Shown here piece by piece: positions 28,603-45,494 of a stretch of 64,000 nucleotides of DNA. Source of the DNA: the human T2T-CHM13v2.0 reference genome, Homo sapiens; the NCBI RefSeq assembly GCF_009914755.1, contig NC_060936.1, one strand, 5' to 3'. A program made the position numbers and the translations under genes. Every line of letters starts with the position of its first letter. Positions within the stretch are counted from its first letter, which is position 1. The notes under the pieces are model-generated. The model had not been told where the DNA came from. It was given only the letters and a program-made list of their open reading frames with translations, and did no database searches.

Positions 28603-31600
28603 TATATATGCCATCTATCTCATTTCATTTAATACTCAATAATTTTATTCGGTAGGGATTATTATTTCTTCCTTAGAGATGAGGAAACTGGGACCTAGTG
28701 GAGTTAAATAACCTGCCTCACGTCGTCTCACACTGACTTCTGTTGATAGCCACCTTCTTCCACTAACTATTGAACTGAATTGGTTCCTTCCGGTGGGTTC
28801 TTGGTCTCGCTGACTTCAAGAATGAAGCCGAACTGAATATGGCAGTTCTGAATATATGGTAGAACTGAAATTCAACCCCAGTCAACCACCTGGTTTTAGA
28901 AATAAATAATAAAAGGAAGCAGAGGAACAAAGAGTCATAGAAAATTGCTATTTCTTAGTGGACATTTGTTCATGCCTTTAGAATACAAGCGTCTCTACCC
29001 CATTCTTAAAACTCTTCCCAGGTTTCCCAATTGATAGGTGACTAAGATTCACTTCCATCCCTGCCTCTCCAGGTAGGCTCATCTAGTGTAAGACATTCAG
29101 TGCATTTCATCTAATTTCAGTGATAGATATCAGATCCAATTAAGACAAATTAGGGCCAAGAAGGTTTAATTCTGTGACTTAGTATGCGGTTAGAGTCAGA
29201 CATGTCTTCCAAACTTGAGCAGAGAGTTTGCCTGGAATGCAGTCAACACCAAGGAAGCAGGGCAGAGAAATGGGGAGAGATCCTAATTTCATTTTATGAC
29301 ACTTGATTCAAGCCCTTACAGAAATTAGATATACCTGTGGGCCACCTAATTATATGAGTCAATAAATCCATTTTAGTTGAATTTGTATTGGGTATTCTCA
29401 TATCTGCAATATAGAATGTTTTAACAAATATACAGAGAGAAGTCAGGCAGGGAAAGATCCCAACGTCTTTGAGATCAGCTTCAGGATGCAGGTAGTTACC
29501 ATGGTCTTTCATATTCGGACCATGGCAGCTGACTATTAGATGGATCCAGGATGGCATTGCAGACATTTTCTTGTTTTTCTATGTGCAGAGAAAAGTCTGG
29601 TTGACCTTTGCTGGCAGATGAATTATTGCCTACTTCATGGTTTTGCCTAGGACCCGCCTAACGACTAACAAGTTAGCAGAAGGATGTGATCATAATCAAC
29701 TAAATCACAACCAGAAATCTTGAAGGATTTATGATCAAAGTTGTAGTAATAGACTCTACAAAATCATTAATTGCAAACTCCAACAAAAAATAATCTTGAA
29801 AGAATCCCCTATATAAACGTTTCACTTTTTTTCTCAGTCCACGTCAATCTCCGTATTTCTGATGATTCTTTTGCTCATATTGTCCCTGATATGGCTCCCT
29901 TCCCCTGACTTTCTATGCAGTGGTACTGGGAAGAGATGTTCTTCAAAAGCATTTTTTTTTGTTTATTTTCACCAGTGTTGATCTTTCCTTTTTCTAAGCC
30001 ACTGAAGTTGATATTACCTGTTCTACTTATGAGCATGTAGTTATTTGTTGTCTTAGTACCTTGTACAGTTGTGTGTGTGTGGAGGAGAAAGCAAGAGAGA
30101 GGTATCACCCCACCTGATTCTTAGAGGACCAAGATGGAATGAACTCAAGCTCTATTCCCTGTACATTGAGCAAGACAGAGAAAACAGAAAAATCGGTGGA
30201 GAGTCTAGGTTTGTTGCTCAGCCTGAGAGTGGTAAATTCAGACACAGACATGTGGAGGCTGGAGTGCTTTCCACTGCAAAATCAGGCCAAATGTGGAATA
30301 GTCAGGAAAGATGTAAGGATCTTCAGGTTCAAATAAATCTTCACTGTCTGTCAAAGGAGAAGCAATATAGGTGATGAGAAGATGGCTGAACAACAGGCCA
30401 GACATTGAGGACAAGCCCTGAGGAGGTCCGGAGCATAGCCATTGAGTGACAGGGGTTCTTGGTAGGAAAGCCTTTGTTGGGATCTGGAATGAAGCAGGAC
30501 CCTAGACTTTGAAGACTAGGTGTAAGCAGAGTGTAGGAGCTCTAGGATTCAAATGGGACATATGTCACAATCTGAAATTAGGTCCAAGAAATGCAATGCT
30601 CTAAAATAATCACAAAGAAGAATTAGGAGAGTGATACAATAGGCAGATCCTTAGACTAAGAACATGTAAGTTCTAGTTACTAGCTGAGTAATGTAGGTCA
30701 GGTTACAATAGCCTCTCTATGCTTCAATTTCCTCTCCAGTTAAAAGAGGGAGCTGGACTAGATGAACCCCAAGATTTCATGGAGATGCTTCTGGGATTTC
30801 CTAACCAAAGAATTACTCATTTTCTCCAATCATTAAATATTTTAGACCATCCGAAAGATTTGCATATTACTATAAATTATTTTAAATATTAAGGTTATCT
30901 TTAAGATTTTATTTGAACACAGAATCCTATGGGAAAATATAGTTTGAAAACCCCTTGATCTAATGCTAGCAGAATGTGTTTCAGTGATAAGAATATGAGG
31001 ATTGAGATATCTATTCTAGCAAGTAATCGTAGGTGGTAAGAGATTTGTAAGTTTTGTTGTTACCACTTGAGAGGATCTTGGGAGTAAAGGGCCTAAAGTA
31101 CTGTTGGTAAAGGGCATAATACAATATTTGTATTTCTGATCACATATATTTATTATTGCATTGCATATATAAATAATACATATCATAATGAACATTTTCA
31201 AAAATAGAGATAAGGAAGAATATGGATACATAAATATACACATATGCATGTATATATGTATATGTGTGTGTGCGTATGTTTAGTTTTTCAGCAAACTTAG
31301 GGCCATGGTTTATATTCAAGAGTGAGTTAGGATGGTCTAGTAGGAGTGTTAAAATTACAAAAGTAATCAAATTACAAGATAAAGTAAACATGTCATAAAA
31401 TAGGTAAATATAATTTGCTACAAAAGTTCAGCAGAGAATGACATCACGTTTAACCGAGTGAGAGCTTCAGAATTAAGAAGCAGTAGGAGCTGGGTTAGGC
31501 TGTCTGGATTTTAGAGAGACTGATGTAAGAAGGAAGACACTCTCGGCCAGGACAGAGGACAGGTATGGCAATGGGAGTAGGTGGAACATGTGTAAATTAA

Positions 31601-32524
31601 CTACCTCCACACATTTATCCTCTCAACCTATTCTACTTTCTCTGCCTCATCATGAATTTCATATACAGTCAAGATAGCAATAATTTTTCTACTGGCCCCA
31701 TAATACCTATTTTGTCCTTCCTAAGCCCTTGTTCACAGGGATTGTGAAGGAGCAAGTCTTCATGGTGTTCACAGGAAAAGTCCCGTCACTGTTAACATGG
31801 CACACCCTATTTACAGATCTCATTTGAAGCAAGAAGCAATTCATTTTTTTTAAAATCAGGATAGGAGCTTTAAAGTCTATCGTTATATTTCCAATCCTCT
31901 TTGAATAAGAGAACAGAAGAAAAGGATTTTGCTCTTACAAAAAGATGGCAGACAGGGAGGGTATAATTTTTCACAGTCAGTCAGCATTTAAAGATGATAT
32001 TGAAAAGAAAAACATTTCTATATAAGTCACATATAGACTTCCATAAACAGACTGCTCTATGAGCAAATCTCCAATTAAAGATTGAGACTTCCCAATACTG
32101 GTTCTGTAGTAAGATGTAGCATAGGTTTTGTTGGCATAAAAAGAGTAGAACACACAGAAGAAAAATCCACTTGGACTCAAGTTATTGCCAGTTATTGAGT
32201 TATTGAATCAAATGATTGCCAGTTTCTTCCCAAGGAGAAACTGGAACTGTGATCGAAACCTGCTATATGTTGATTGTACATTAGTTGTTTAACCAAGATG
32301 TGGCTGTACTTGAGGGACCCCTCTCTTCTCAACCCATCTGTTGAAGTCCAGCTCCACACTCTGTTGATTCACCTAGGCCAATAGACTAGACTTGCCTAGG
32401 TCAATGAAAAGAAAATCAATTCCCTAAGACTTTACAGAGAGTGGAATACTTTACTAAAGACAGTATGGGGAAAGGAGAGGAGCCTTATATTAGACATTAT
32501 GTCTAAAAACTTAATAAAAATCTC

Positions 32525-32750
32525 CGTTAGAAAAGAGAGGCTGGGAGGTGTGAGTGGGGAGGACAAAGAGAAGTGAGTTAAAGGGTACAAACATACATAT
32601 AAATTCAGTGTTTGATAGCAGAATAGGGTGACCATAGTTAAAAAAATATATTGTGCTTGGGATATGGGCACCTTAAATACCCTGCTTTGATCACTATGCA
32701 TTAGATACATTTAACAAAATTTTACATATACCTCATAAATTTGTGCAAAA
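32525..32750 (+). mobile_element. L1MA 3' end fragment
   Basis: aaagggtacaaacatac...ttgatcactatgcattagatacat...cctcataaatttgtgc. Confidence 0.8.
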
Positions 32751-35649
32751 CTTCCTTCCTTTAGTCACATCTGTTCTTCTTCTGATGTCACATCTGTTCT
32801 GCCTCTGAAGATCATCTTACTCCCCAGCTACTTCATCTCTGTCTCAACCCTTTCCCCAACTGCTCCTGAAGTCTCACTGGCTCTGCCTCCTCACCAGGTT
32901 TCTGTTCCAGCAACCATCTCCTCTTTTTATCTCCCTTCTCTCTTATCTAGACCTGGCTAAACTCTCTCATTTTCAGTAGCCACTTTCTTTTGAAGGTGCC
33001 AGGGATCGCAAATTACTGATTTTCGTAGGTAGAAATTTTGAATTTTCCTTATGTATTCTAAGGAATAATGTTTATTTTCAAGATGTCTGCTTAGTGATTC
33101 TCAACAAATATTTCACATTCTCTTCAAAGAGGGAAGCTTGAGTGACATAACAGGTACTGTTAACACTGAGTGCAGGTGAATCTTACCCAGCTCTTACAGT
33201 CAAAATCTTGACATCCCAGACATTGTCAAACTAGGTAGAAGGCCCATTCCATTTCATGAATACTTCAATTTTATTGCAACATGGCATTGTCTAGAAATAA
33301 GATTGGAATGGTAGACTAGGCAGAAATCATTAAATTGCTTAAATTCCGGACAAGGGGAGCCACTAAGGGTTTCTAGTGGAGGAGTGGCTTATTAAGAGCT
33401 GTGCTTCAGAAAGTTCAAACAGACAGTCCTGGGGAGGCTCTGTGGAAATGGAGGGTGAAGAAGGAGAGGCTAAAACTACAGAATCCAGTTAGGAAACTAT
33501 AGTAATATTTCTATGGTCACTCAGAAGGTGTCCTCTGATAAAAACCTGAGATAATTATCCTAATTCTACCATAGCCTGGAAAAAGCATTACTTTCACTCT
33601 GGACAATTTGCTATTTCTTATTTGGGTTTCCACCTAAGAAGGGAGTACCTTATAAAGCAGACTGAGTAGCTGATGAGCAGAAAGACAAAACGTCTCTTTT
33701 TACCGATTAAATTGGAATTCTGATTTATAATTCAGCAATAATAAATATATGACTATGAAGTCATTCTGAAGACTTGCATAGGCCAATAAAAAGGAAATAT
33801 TTAAAATTTTTTCACACTTAAACACAGAGACATCTGTGAAGGCTCAGAATTTCAGCCCACTCACCTTCTAGTCAGTCATACTTCCCACCCTCCCTTTGTT
33901 TCTTAATTGCCATATAACATTTTAAGGTCATTTCGTCTGTTCTTCAGTTTCCTATCTACGAAAGGAAGATAATACTTATCCTAAAGTGTTATTTTGAGAA
34001 TTGAATTATCAGTAGAAGAGAGGACACTAGAAAAAGAATTGAAGTGTTATAAGAATGTAAAGGGATAAGAGGTCAACTTTGTAAACAGAAATTGTTTGTC
34101 CTTGTGTTTCTGAGTGGGTCATACATGGCTGTGCTGAAAAGACAAAAGGCATTTAACATATAAAATGTATGTCCCTGCCTATTAATAATGTGTGAGTGTT
34201 CCACTCTTGGGCTTTGTGAAACGTTGGGAAACACTGGTATTAGATATATAATGTTTCTAGGATAAAAATTGTAATTGACTATAAATTGGTAACTCCATAA
34301 AAGTTTTCACAAGTGGTTGGAAAAATGTCCAATTGAGGTGAGTCAAATCAGAATTTCTCTGTTTGGGGTAGGTTGTCCTTTGCTCATCATAAAAACAATT
34401 CTCTTTACCACTTAATAATCTCAGTGCGCCTTTCCAGCACTTATGCCATACTTTAGCCTTGCTTGAAAATTTGTACTGTTGCTACCACTGATGCATCTGT
34501 TCTAGAAAGTAACAGGCTTTCGTTTCCAGGACTGTCAAATCAGAAGTTTTCCCAAGAACACAAAGATTCACACTATTATTGCACATCATAGAACTCATGC
34601 CTGTAGCTTGAAAATAGAAGTCTTTGGTGTAGGCATTTGCTTGTTTGACAGCTCTGTTCTAAATTTTGAAACTAGTGGTACTGTAAAGTGCCTGTCTGAC
34701 AATGGTGTACCAGACCTTAGTCATGCAAAATAATTACTGTTCACGGTTCCTTAGCTGAAGTCAATAGCTCCCTGCAAAACACAACATAATGCAGAGATCT
34801 AAAGGTACTAAATCGAAAGGGAGAAAAAGAAGAATTTTAAACAGATTTGGAAGAAAAAAATAGATTCTACAAGATTTACCAAGTGATGTCTTGCAGCACA
34901 TGGAAGGCTCTAAACTTTCTAAAAGAAACTCCATGATAGGAATGATAACTTTTATTAATCCATTCTGGTAATTGTTGTCAGGAAGCTTATGTGAGTTCAA
35001 AAGAATGAAAGCAGTTGTGAAGATGTTAGCAAATAGTGTATAGTGTTTATTTTCTTGACTTGAAATCATATCTTCAAGTTTGCTTCTGCGAATTTGGTAT
35101 TTAAAGCCAGCAATATATCACCTATACTAAAGAGATTGATTAAATCAACTTAAAGAGCTACAGTTTTGGAACTAGAGTGGCAGGATGCCCTCCCTGGACC
35201 TTTGGTAAACTCCATGAATCAGTGAAATGGTATATCCTGGAAAAATCAATGTTAATCCAACAAATAAATAATTTAGTCTCCATGTCGCCTGAAACATTTG
35301 CCAGGGAATTCTGGGAAGATTGCTGCTTGACTGCTTGAGCGAAAAGGATAACCTCCTTCTTAATCCTTGGTACACAATTGCATTTAAGACTATCCCCCTT
35401 CTGGGAAAAACAAGGAAACAAACAATAAAATCGATTGTTTCCCTGGAAGAGACAAAAACACAGAAATAAATTAGAATTTCACAGACTCCTTTATGACATA
35501 TTTACCTACATTTACCTTCAACGTTTTCAATCTAATATTAAGGTGGAACTACTTGTGATAGTTATGTAATTATCTTATTATTCTTTTATTGTCAACTTCA
35601 ATGAAGTTTATAAAATTTTTTTTATTTTTAAAAAATGTTACTTTTTTTT

Positions 35650-38634
<2,985 letters not shown>

Positions 38635-38910
38635 GGGGAGTGATTAAGTCATGAAGGTGGAGCTGTCGTGAATGGGATTAATACCTTTATAAAAGAGGTT
38701 GAAGGGAGCTCCCCTGCCCCCTCCGTCATGTGAGGAAGCAGCAGGAAGGAGCAATCTTACAAGCAAAGAGCAGCCCTGGCACACACCAAATCTGCTGGTG
38801 CCTTGATCTTGGACTTCCCAGCCTGCTGAACTGGGAGAAATAAATTTTCTGTTGTTTATAAATTACCCAGTCTAAGGTATTTTGTTATAGCAGCCTGAGC
38901 AAACTAAGCC
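38635..38910 (+). mobile_element. MLT1A/MST LTR 3' part
   Basis: ccttgatcttggacttcccagcctgctgaactgggagaaataaatt...gcaaactaag. Confidence 0.85.
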
Positions 38911-40130
38911 ATGCTCCTTTCCAGCTAATCACTGCCCCCACCCCATTAGAAACAACCACTATTATCATTTTGATTATTATACATTAGTTTTGTTTATTTT
39001 TTAATTTAATGTAAATGAAATCATACTCTTTTGGGTCTGGTTTCTTTTGCTTGGTGTAATGTTGAAATTTAGTTAGATATTTTTGTGTGTATCAGTAGTT
39101 TCTTACTTTTTTATGTGATGTAGTTAGCATTTCCTTGTATGAATATACCGCAACTTGTCTTTGCACTCTTCTGCTGATGAACATTATGGTTTTTCCAGTT
39201 TTTGGTAAGTATGAATAAAGCTATTAAAATCATTCTTGAACAATCTTTTTGGTGGCCATATGCTTTCATTTCTCTTGGGTGAATACTGTATTTAGAAGCA
39301 GAATTGTTGGATTATAAAACAGTTCTATGTTTATTTCATAAGAAACTATGAGACAGTTTTACTATTTGATTCCATTTTATACCCTCACTGGCAATGTATG
39401 ATGGTTTCATTTGCTCCACAGCTTTGCCAATGTTTGATTTTGTTTGTCTTTAATTCTTGCCTTTTCAATTTTTGGGAAGAAGCAAATCGTTGTGGTTTTG
39501 ATTTGCCTATCTGTGAAGACTAATGACATTGAATACCTTTTCATGTGCTTCTTAGTCATTCATATATCTTCTTTTGTGAGTGTTGAAATATTTTGAATAT
39601 TTTCAATTTTTAATTTTCTACTTTTGTCTCAATTATTGTCATAGGTGTTCTTTTGCATACAAGTTCTTTGTCAGATACATGGTATTGGGAATATTTTCTC
39701 TCAGTCTCTGGCTTTCCTATTTATTTTCTTAATAATGTCTTTTGATGAAGTTCAATTTATCAGTTTTTTTTTGTTTTATAGATAATTTTTTGTTTCCTGC
39801 CTAAAACGTCTTTACCGACCCCAAGGTCATGAAGATAATCGAGGTTTTCTTCCAGAGGCTTTATAGTATTAGCCTTGAGGTCTGTGATTCAGCTTGAATT
39901 TTTGTGTATGATGTCAGTTAAGGGTCAAAGTTCAATTTTTTTACCATGTGGCTATTCAGTGGTTCCAGCCCCTTTTGTTGAAAGCTTTCCTTTCTTCAGT
40001 GAATTGTCTTGGCACCTTGTTGAAAATCAATTGACCAATTAAATATAGTTCTATTTCTGGATTCTATTCTATTCTTTTGACCTATTTGTCTATCCTTATA
40101 CCCTTACTATACTCTCTTGATTAGCTTCAA
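38911..40130 (-). mobile_element. Old L1M (L1ME/MD-like) fragment
   Basis: Degenerate antisense L1 3'/ORF2 motifs. Confidence 0.7.
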
Positions 40131-41471
40131 GAATTTTTATCATTTTTTAGTTCTGTTCCTTTCATCGTGGCTACTTTTGCCTCTTGACAATATTAGCTTA
40201 AGAGTTTATTTCAGAAGTTAGCACAGCTTTCAGGCTGCTGTGTATCTCAGAGTGTCTGTCTAAAAAATAGGAAAAATAAGAACTCCCTTATAGGGTTATT
40301 GGGAGAAATAAACAATCTAGTATACATGTTTAAAATGTATTATAACTCTAAAATAATCCTTAAGTGTTCAGAATATTGCTTATTTTTGTTTCACTTTTTG
40401 CTCTCTTGACCTTAAAACATATTCTTATGCAAGTTTACTGAAATCCCCCAGTAAGTTTCAGATTGTGGCAGGGCACCTGTTCTGTGGATTTAGGGAAAAA
40501 CAAAGGCCCCAATATAATTGAGGGGAGTGACAGGCACCTGTTTTCTTCCTATTTACAGCAAGCCTTAACAGAAGGTGATGGCAATTCTTTCTGCCATTTT
40601 TACTTTGTCTGTTTTAAAAACAGACAAAGGTATTACTGGACTTCCAATGCTTTGCTCTTCCAGATATTTCTAATTTGATCCCCTGAACAGTCTGCTTTTT
40701 TTTTCTTTATTGTGGTAATTCCTTTTTCAGATGAATGACCTTTGCTCTCCTCACCCCAAATCAATGACCTTTTAAACTGTTTTAATATTTACTAGGGAAT
40801 TACTTGTTCTGAGGCTTGGATTGAGTTTCTCTAAAAGATGGTATTCTAGAATTTAAATGGTGGTGAGAGGAAGGGTTGAAAAGCTGAATCCATTCTTTTA
40901 CCCAGACGAAACTAAGCTGAATAACAACTCTCTCTCTTTCTCAATCATTTAAGAGCTTATAACAAAGATGAATATAAAGTGTCAATTATTTTACAACTTT
41001 TACCTGTTACCGCCCTAGTTCACACCCCAACTGTCATTCTTATTTCTAAATGGAAACTTTCCTTCCACAAGCTTAATGGCAACTTTTTACCTTTTTGGCC
41101 TTTGTGTTTACTAGATTGTAAAATCCTGGAGGACAGCTCTTTGACGTTATTTATCTTAGTTTTAGATTTTAGCATCAAACCAAGTACATTGCATTCATTT
41201 AATAAATGTTTATTCAATTAAACCAACTGCTAATATTCTACCCAATACAGTGTCATATATATATCCGTATGTATATATATAATATTGCCTGATACACACA
41301 AACACACACACACATATATATATGTATGTAACAGGCAATAATTGTTCGTGATTTAGTGATAGTAGGAACTCAGTATTTATTCATTGATCAATTAATAGTT
41401 TGAACACATTCTATATTTAGAGCATTAGATGAGTCAAGTGCTACTTTCTTTTTTAAAAAAATGTTAGAACC

Positions 41472-41770
<299 letters not shown>

Positions 41771-42559
41771 ATGTTAGAACCATTCAACTAGCATTCTGTA
41801 GACCAAATTATCTAAACAGTAGCTCTCCTCTTCCTTTTTCTGCCATGTTATCCATAAGATTTGGCCTGTATCACCTTATAATAAATGAAGAGAGTCTTAA
41901 ATTCTTATAATACCAAACTCCTTTGGAGAGAATTCAGAATAGATTTATGTCATCTCAAATTCTATCCTATTCCAGTTAATGTTACAGACAGATTCTAGTA
42001 TACTTTACAAAGATAGGTGAATAAGTAGAGTTTTGAAAAGATACAGACATAAAAGTGAAGAACAGATGCCTTCTGATGCTAGATTTTCCAAAACTCCTAC
42101 TGTTATGCTTATATAGAAATCATTCTCAGACCTTCCTTGGATTAATTTCTGTTCCTAGAGCAAACTGGTAGTTATTTCTTTCTTTAATAGAACATGAACT
42201 TGTCCATCACATCCTAGAAAGTTAGTCCTAGGGATATCCTTTAAAGCCTAAAGGAGTAAATTAAGAGCAAAAAAAGGAAGTAGACCTTGCAACAGGTGGT
42301 GAGTGTCTGAGATATAGCACTAGGAGAGAAATAATATAGATTGAAAACAGAAATCCTTAAACATTTCTCATATAAACCCATGAAAGATAGATCCATAAAT
42401 ATTGTGGGGACTATGGGGACTAGGAAGCTTGGAAGTATCCCTAATCTAGATAGTGATGGTAGGCTAAATATCTACGGCTTCCGTAAACGTTCCTCTAAAC
42501 CTCCCTGTAAAAAACACACTAAGCTGATTGTGTAATGAGCTGATCCAGTACAATTGCCT

Positions 42560-42637
42560 CCAATTTCATTCTGGACCCTGAACAGGAGGGGACATCGTGA
42601 CAAAGCAAATTGTCTGGTATCATGAATTTGGAACACC
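42560..42637 (+). other. MGST1: Alternative upstream non-coding first exon (5' end approximate)
   Basis: Consensus donor ACC|gtaagt at 42638. MGST1 is known to use multiple first exons. Confidence 0.6.
42597..42611 (+). promoter_or_regulatory. Antioxidant/electrophile response element (NRF2-sMAF)
   Basis: GTGACAAAGCAAATT matches RTGACnnnGCA plus an AT-rich flank, about 500 bp upstream of the CpG-island exon. MGST1 is an established NRF2 target. Confidence 0.75.
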
Positions 42638-42919
42638 GTAAGTGATCTTTACTGAGGGTTACATTCTGTCATTGTCAGCCTTTTAAGGAGGCCTTGCCAC
42701 CAGCGCAGGGGAGGTGAAGTCTAAGGGAAGGTAATATTGTCAATGCCTGCTAATTAGTTCTACCCTGGAGATTTTAACTTTCTACGAAGTTTTTAAAAAC
42801 AACTTCCAAAACTCTGCTGATCCTGAAATGTTCGAGAATTCAGAGTTCCTAGACAATGGCTACTGTCCCCCTTCCCACTGATTAGGGGAGTTGGCATTTC
42901 AGGAACCAGAGTTTCTAAG

Positions 42920-43200
42920 GGCGCCAAATAGAAGGGCTCAAAGGGAATCAGCAGGCGATGGTTACTCTGGGCGGGTAAATCAGGTGATTTAGAGGAGGGG
43001 TTTGGCGAGGTTGGGGTCGGGCTTTAAACGTGGGAGGGCTAATTAACAGGAGATTAACTGGAGAGGGGCGGTGCCTGCGTCCGGCCCGCGCGGCCACAGT
43101 CCCTGCATTGCGCGCGACCCGGCGGCGGGACAGGCTTGCTGCTTCCTCCTCCTCGGCCTCACCGTGCGTACTGGGAGGGGAGAAGGGGACCGCATGCAGA
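42920..43200. promoter_or_regulatory. MGST1: Small CpG island / TATA-less MGST1 promoter with GC boxes
   Basis: Dense CpGs (ccggcccgcgcggcc, gcgcgcgacccggcggcggg); Sp1-type GGGCGG at about 42969 and 43066. Confidence 0.85.
43096..43163 (+). other. MGST1: MGST1 non-coding first exon in the CpG island (TSS approximate)
   Basis: GC-rich segment ending GGCCTCACC|gtgcgt. Joined to the 49685 acceptor it gives ...cctcaccattccagaccaaaattgaaaaaATG, matching the MGST1 5' UTR as I recall it. Confidence 0.85.
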
Positions 43201-43229
43201 GGGTGGCAGGCAGGGAGGGCCAGGGTGGG

Positions 43230-43351
43230 TGGCAGATGGAAGACTTGGGGGGGTCTCTGCCAGCTGGAAGTGCTTGGCTCCACTTAGCAGCTAAACTTAG
43301 CTTTTCAATCGATCGCTTTTGAAAGGGAATTGTATTTCTGTCCCCGTGCGG
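43230..43351 (+). other. MGST1: Alternative first exon or extension ending at a strong donor (5' end approximate)
   Basis: CGG|gtaagt at 43352, immediately downstream of the CpG island. Confidence 0.6.
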
Positions 43352-44928
43352 GTAAGTTTTCCCATTTCTCAAACTCCAGGAATGAAACGAGAGAGTCTTT
43401 TCATGCTTGAGTGATGATTTCCAAACTTAGCCTTTTCAAGTCAAAGTAACCTCCTGTTTGAAAGGGTCCCTTGAACTCTGGGGAAGGAGGAAAAGGCACG
43501 TGTAGTAATGGAGGAAATGCCTGTAGTTTGAACGACTGCTGTTCTCCCCAAGAGTGCAAAAGCCTGCGATGTCTCAGGTTTCATGGGCATAGTGGCCTTT
43601 ATGCCTATTGTAAGGCAGGATTTGCTCTTCTGAGTTCACTTTGATAGGAGAAACATCAGCAAGTTTTAAAATAATACTAAATAATACTACTGCTAATAAT
43701 GCTAGCTATCGAAACAAGAGGATGTGGGTTAGATGATAATATTTTTGTGTGATATTATAGCCAGTGACAAGAGAGCTAAGGGTGAGCCCCTTGGGACGGT
43801 TCTCACCTGTGCCCCACTTCCCCAGTCTGGAGGAGGAAGCCATGTGGAAGGAGAAAAGGAGAAGGGAACTCTCTTTTTCGGGAATTAAGGTGTCATATAT
43901 TGCTCTAGCTGGCTTGGGACAGAGGAGAGAGGAGTGCATGTAAATCTTCTAGTCTCTCTGCTTCTCTTGAAATGTGGCAGTCTGAGCTCCACGTTTATAT
44001 TCCCCTATTTCTTCTCCCTAATTTCTTACCCAGTGAGTGCTGAGTGGGTGCCCGCAAGCATTGCTGTATGGCACCCAGGCCTCCAGTGAGCAATCCTTAA
44101 AGCCCAGTTTTCCTGGGGTCCCAGCCTGCTGTGAGTCCCAGCCTACACCTACCTTTTGCATATGCTTTTCTTGGCCTTAGGATAGTACTGGACTTTGTTG
44201 TCCTCTGCTGTTTCCAAAATAAGAGGGCTATGTGTGCGATTATCTTTGGTAATTTAAAAAAAAAAAAAAAAAGGCAAATCAGTCCAAATTTGGATATTAC
44301 CCTCTCTGGCAGACGAGTAAAATTTTTCTACCGGTTTGTTTTAGAGTGGTGTCTATGAATCCCTGAGATTGGAAAAGGAGGTCAGGTCAGCACAGAGAAA
44401 GGCCTTACCCCACCACTCTCCCGAGAGGCACCAGCATTTCACCTGCAGCCTCTGGGCTCTGAACCCCACTTTGCATGAGACCACATAGTGGGCTGAGTCT
44501 GCAGCCACCACGATGCCTTCAGGAAATGCTAGAATTCATCTAGAGTTCCAGATTAACGTATCCGCAACATGGCCACCGAATTATCTTTTTTCTTTATCTC
44601 ATGTGTAGTGTTTGTTAGTTTTAGAAGGTACAAAATTGCAGAGTCATGGCCCTGGGGATGCGTGCCCAGATTATTCATGTGTTTCACAATATTGATGCAG
44701 AAAGGCTGGCCACCTCATCCTGAGAAGAGAACTTTGCTCATTTTGGCCAAAAGCCTGTAAAGGGAAAGGGCGTTCCTCAACTGAGAAGTGAAGATTCTTC
44801 TCTGCTAGATAGTACGGGGGTTTGGGGGGAGGGGTAGAAAACAGGAATGAGATTTGACAAGGAAAGGCCTCCAGAAGACCAGAGCTGTTGAGAATTCTTA
44901 GCCTTGATGGTGGGTAGCCCAGAGGTAA

Positions 44929-45494
<566 letters not shown>

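Noticed and set aside
42948-43372. Several 83-111 aa ORFs over the promoter
   Set aside because: GC-rich CpG-island sequence is depleted of stops; no homology recognised.
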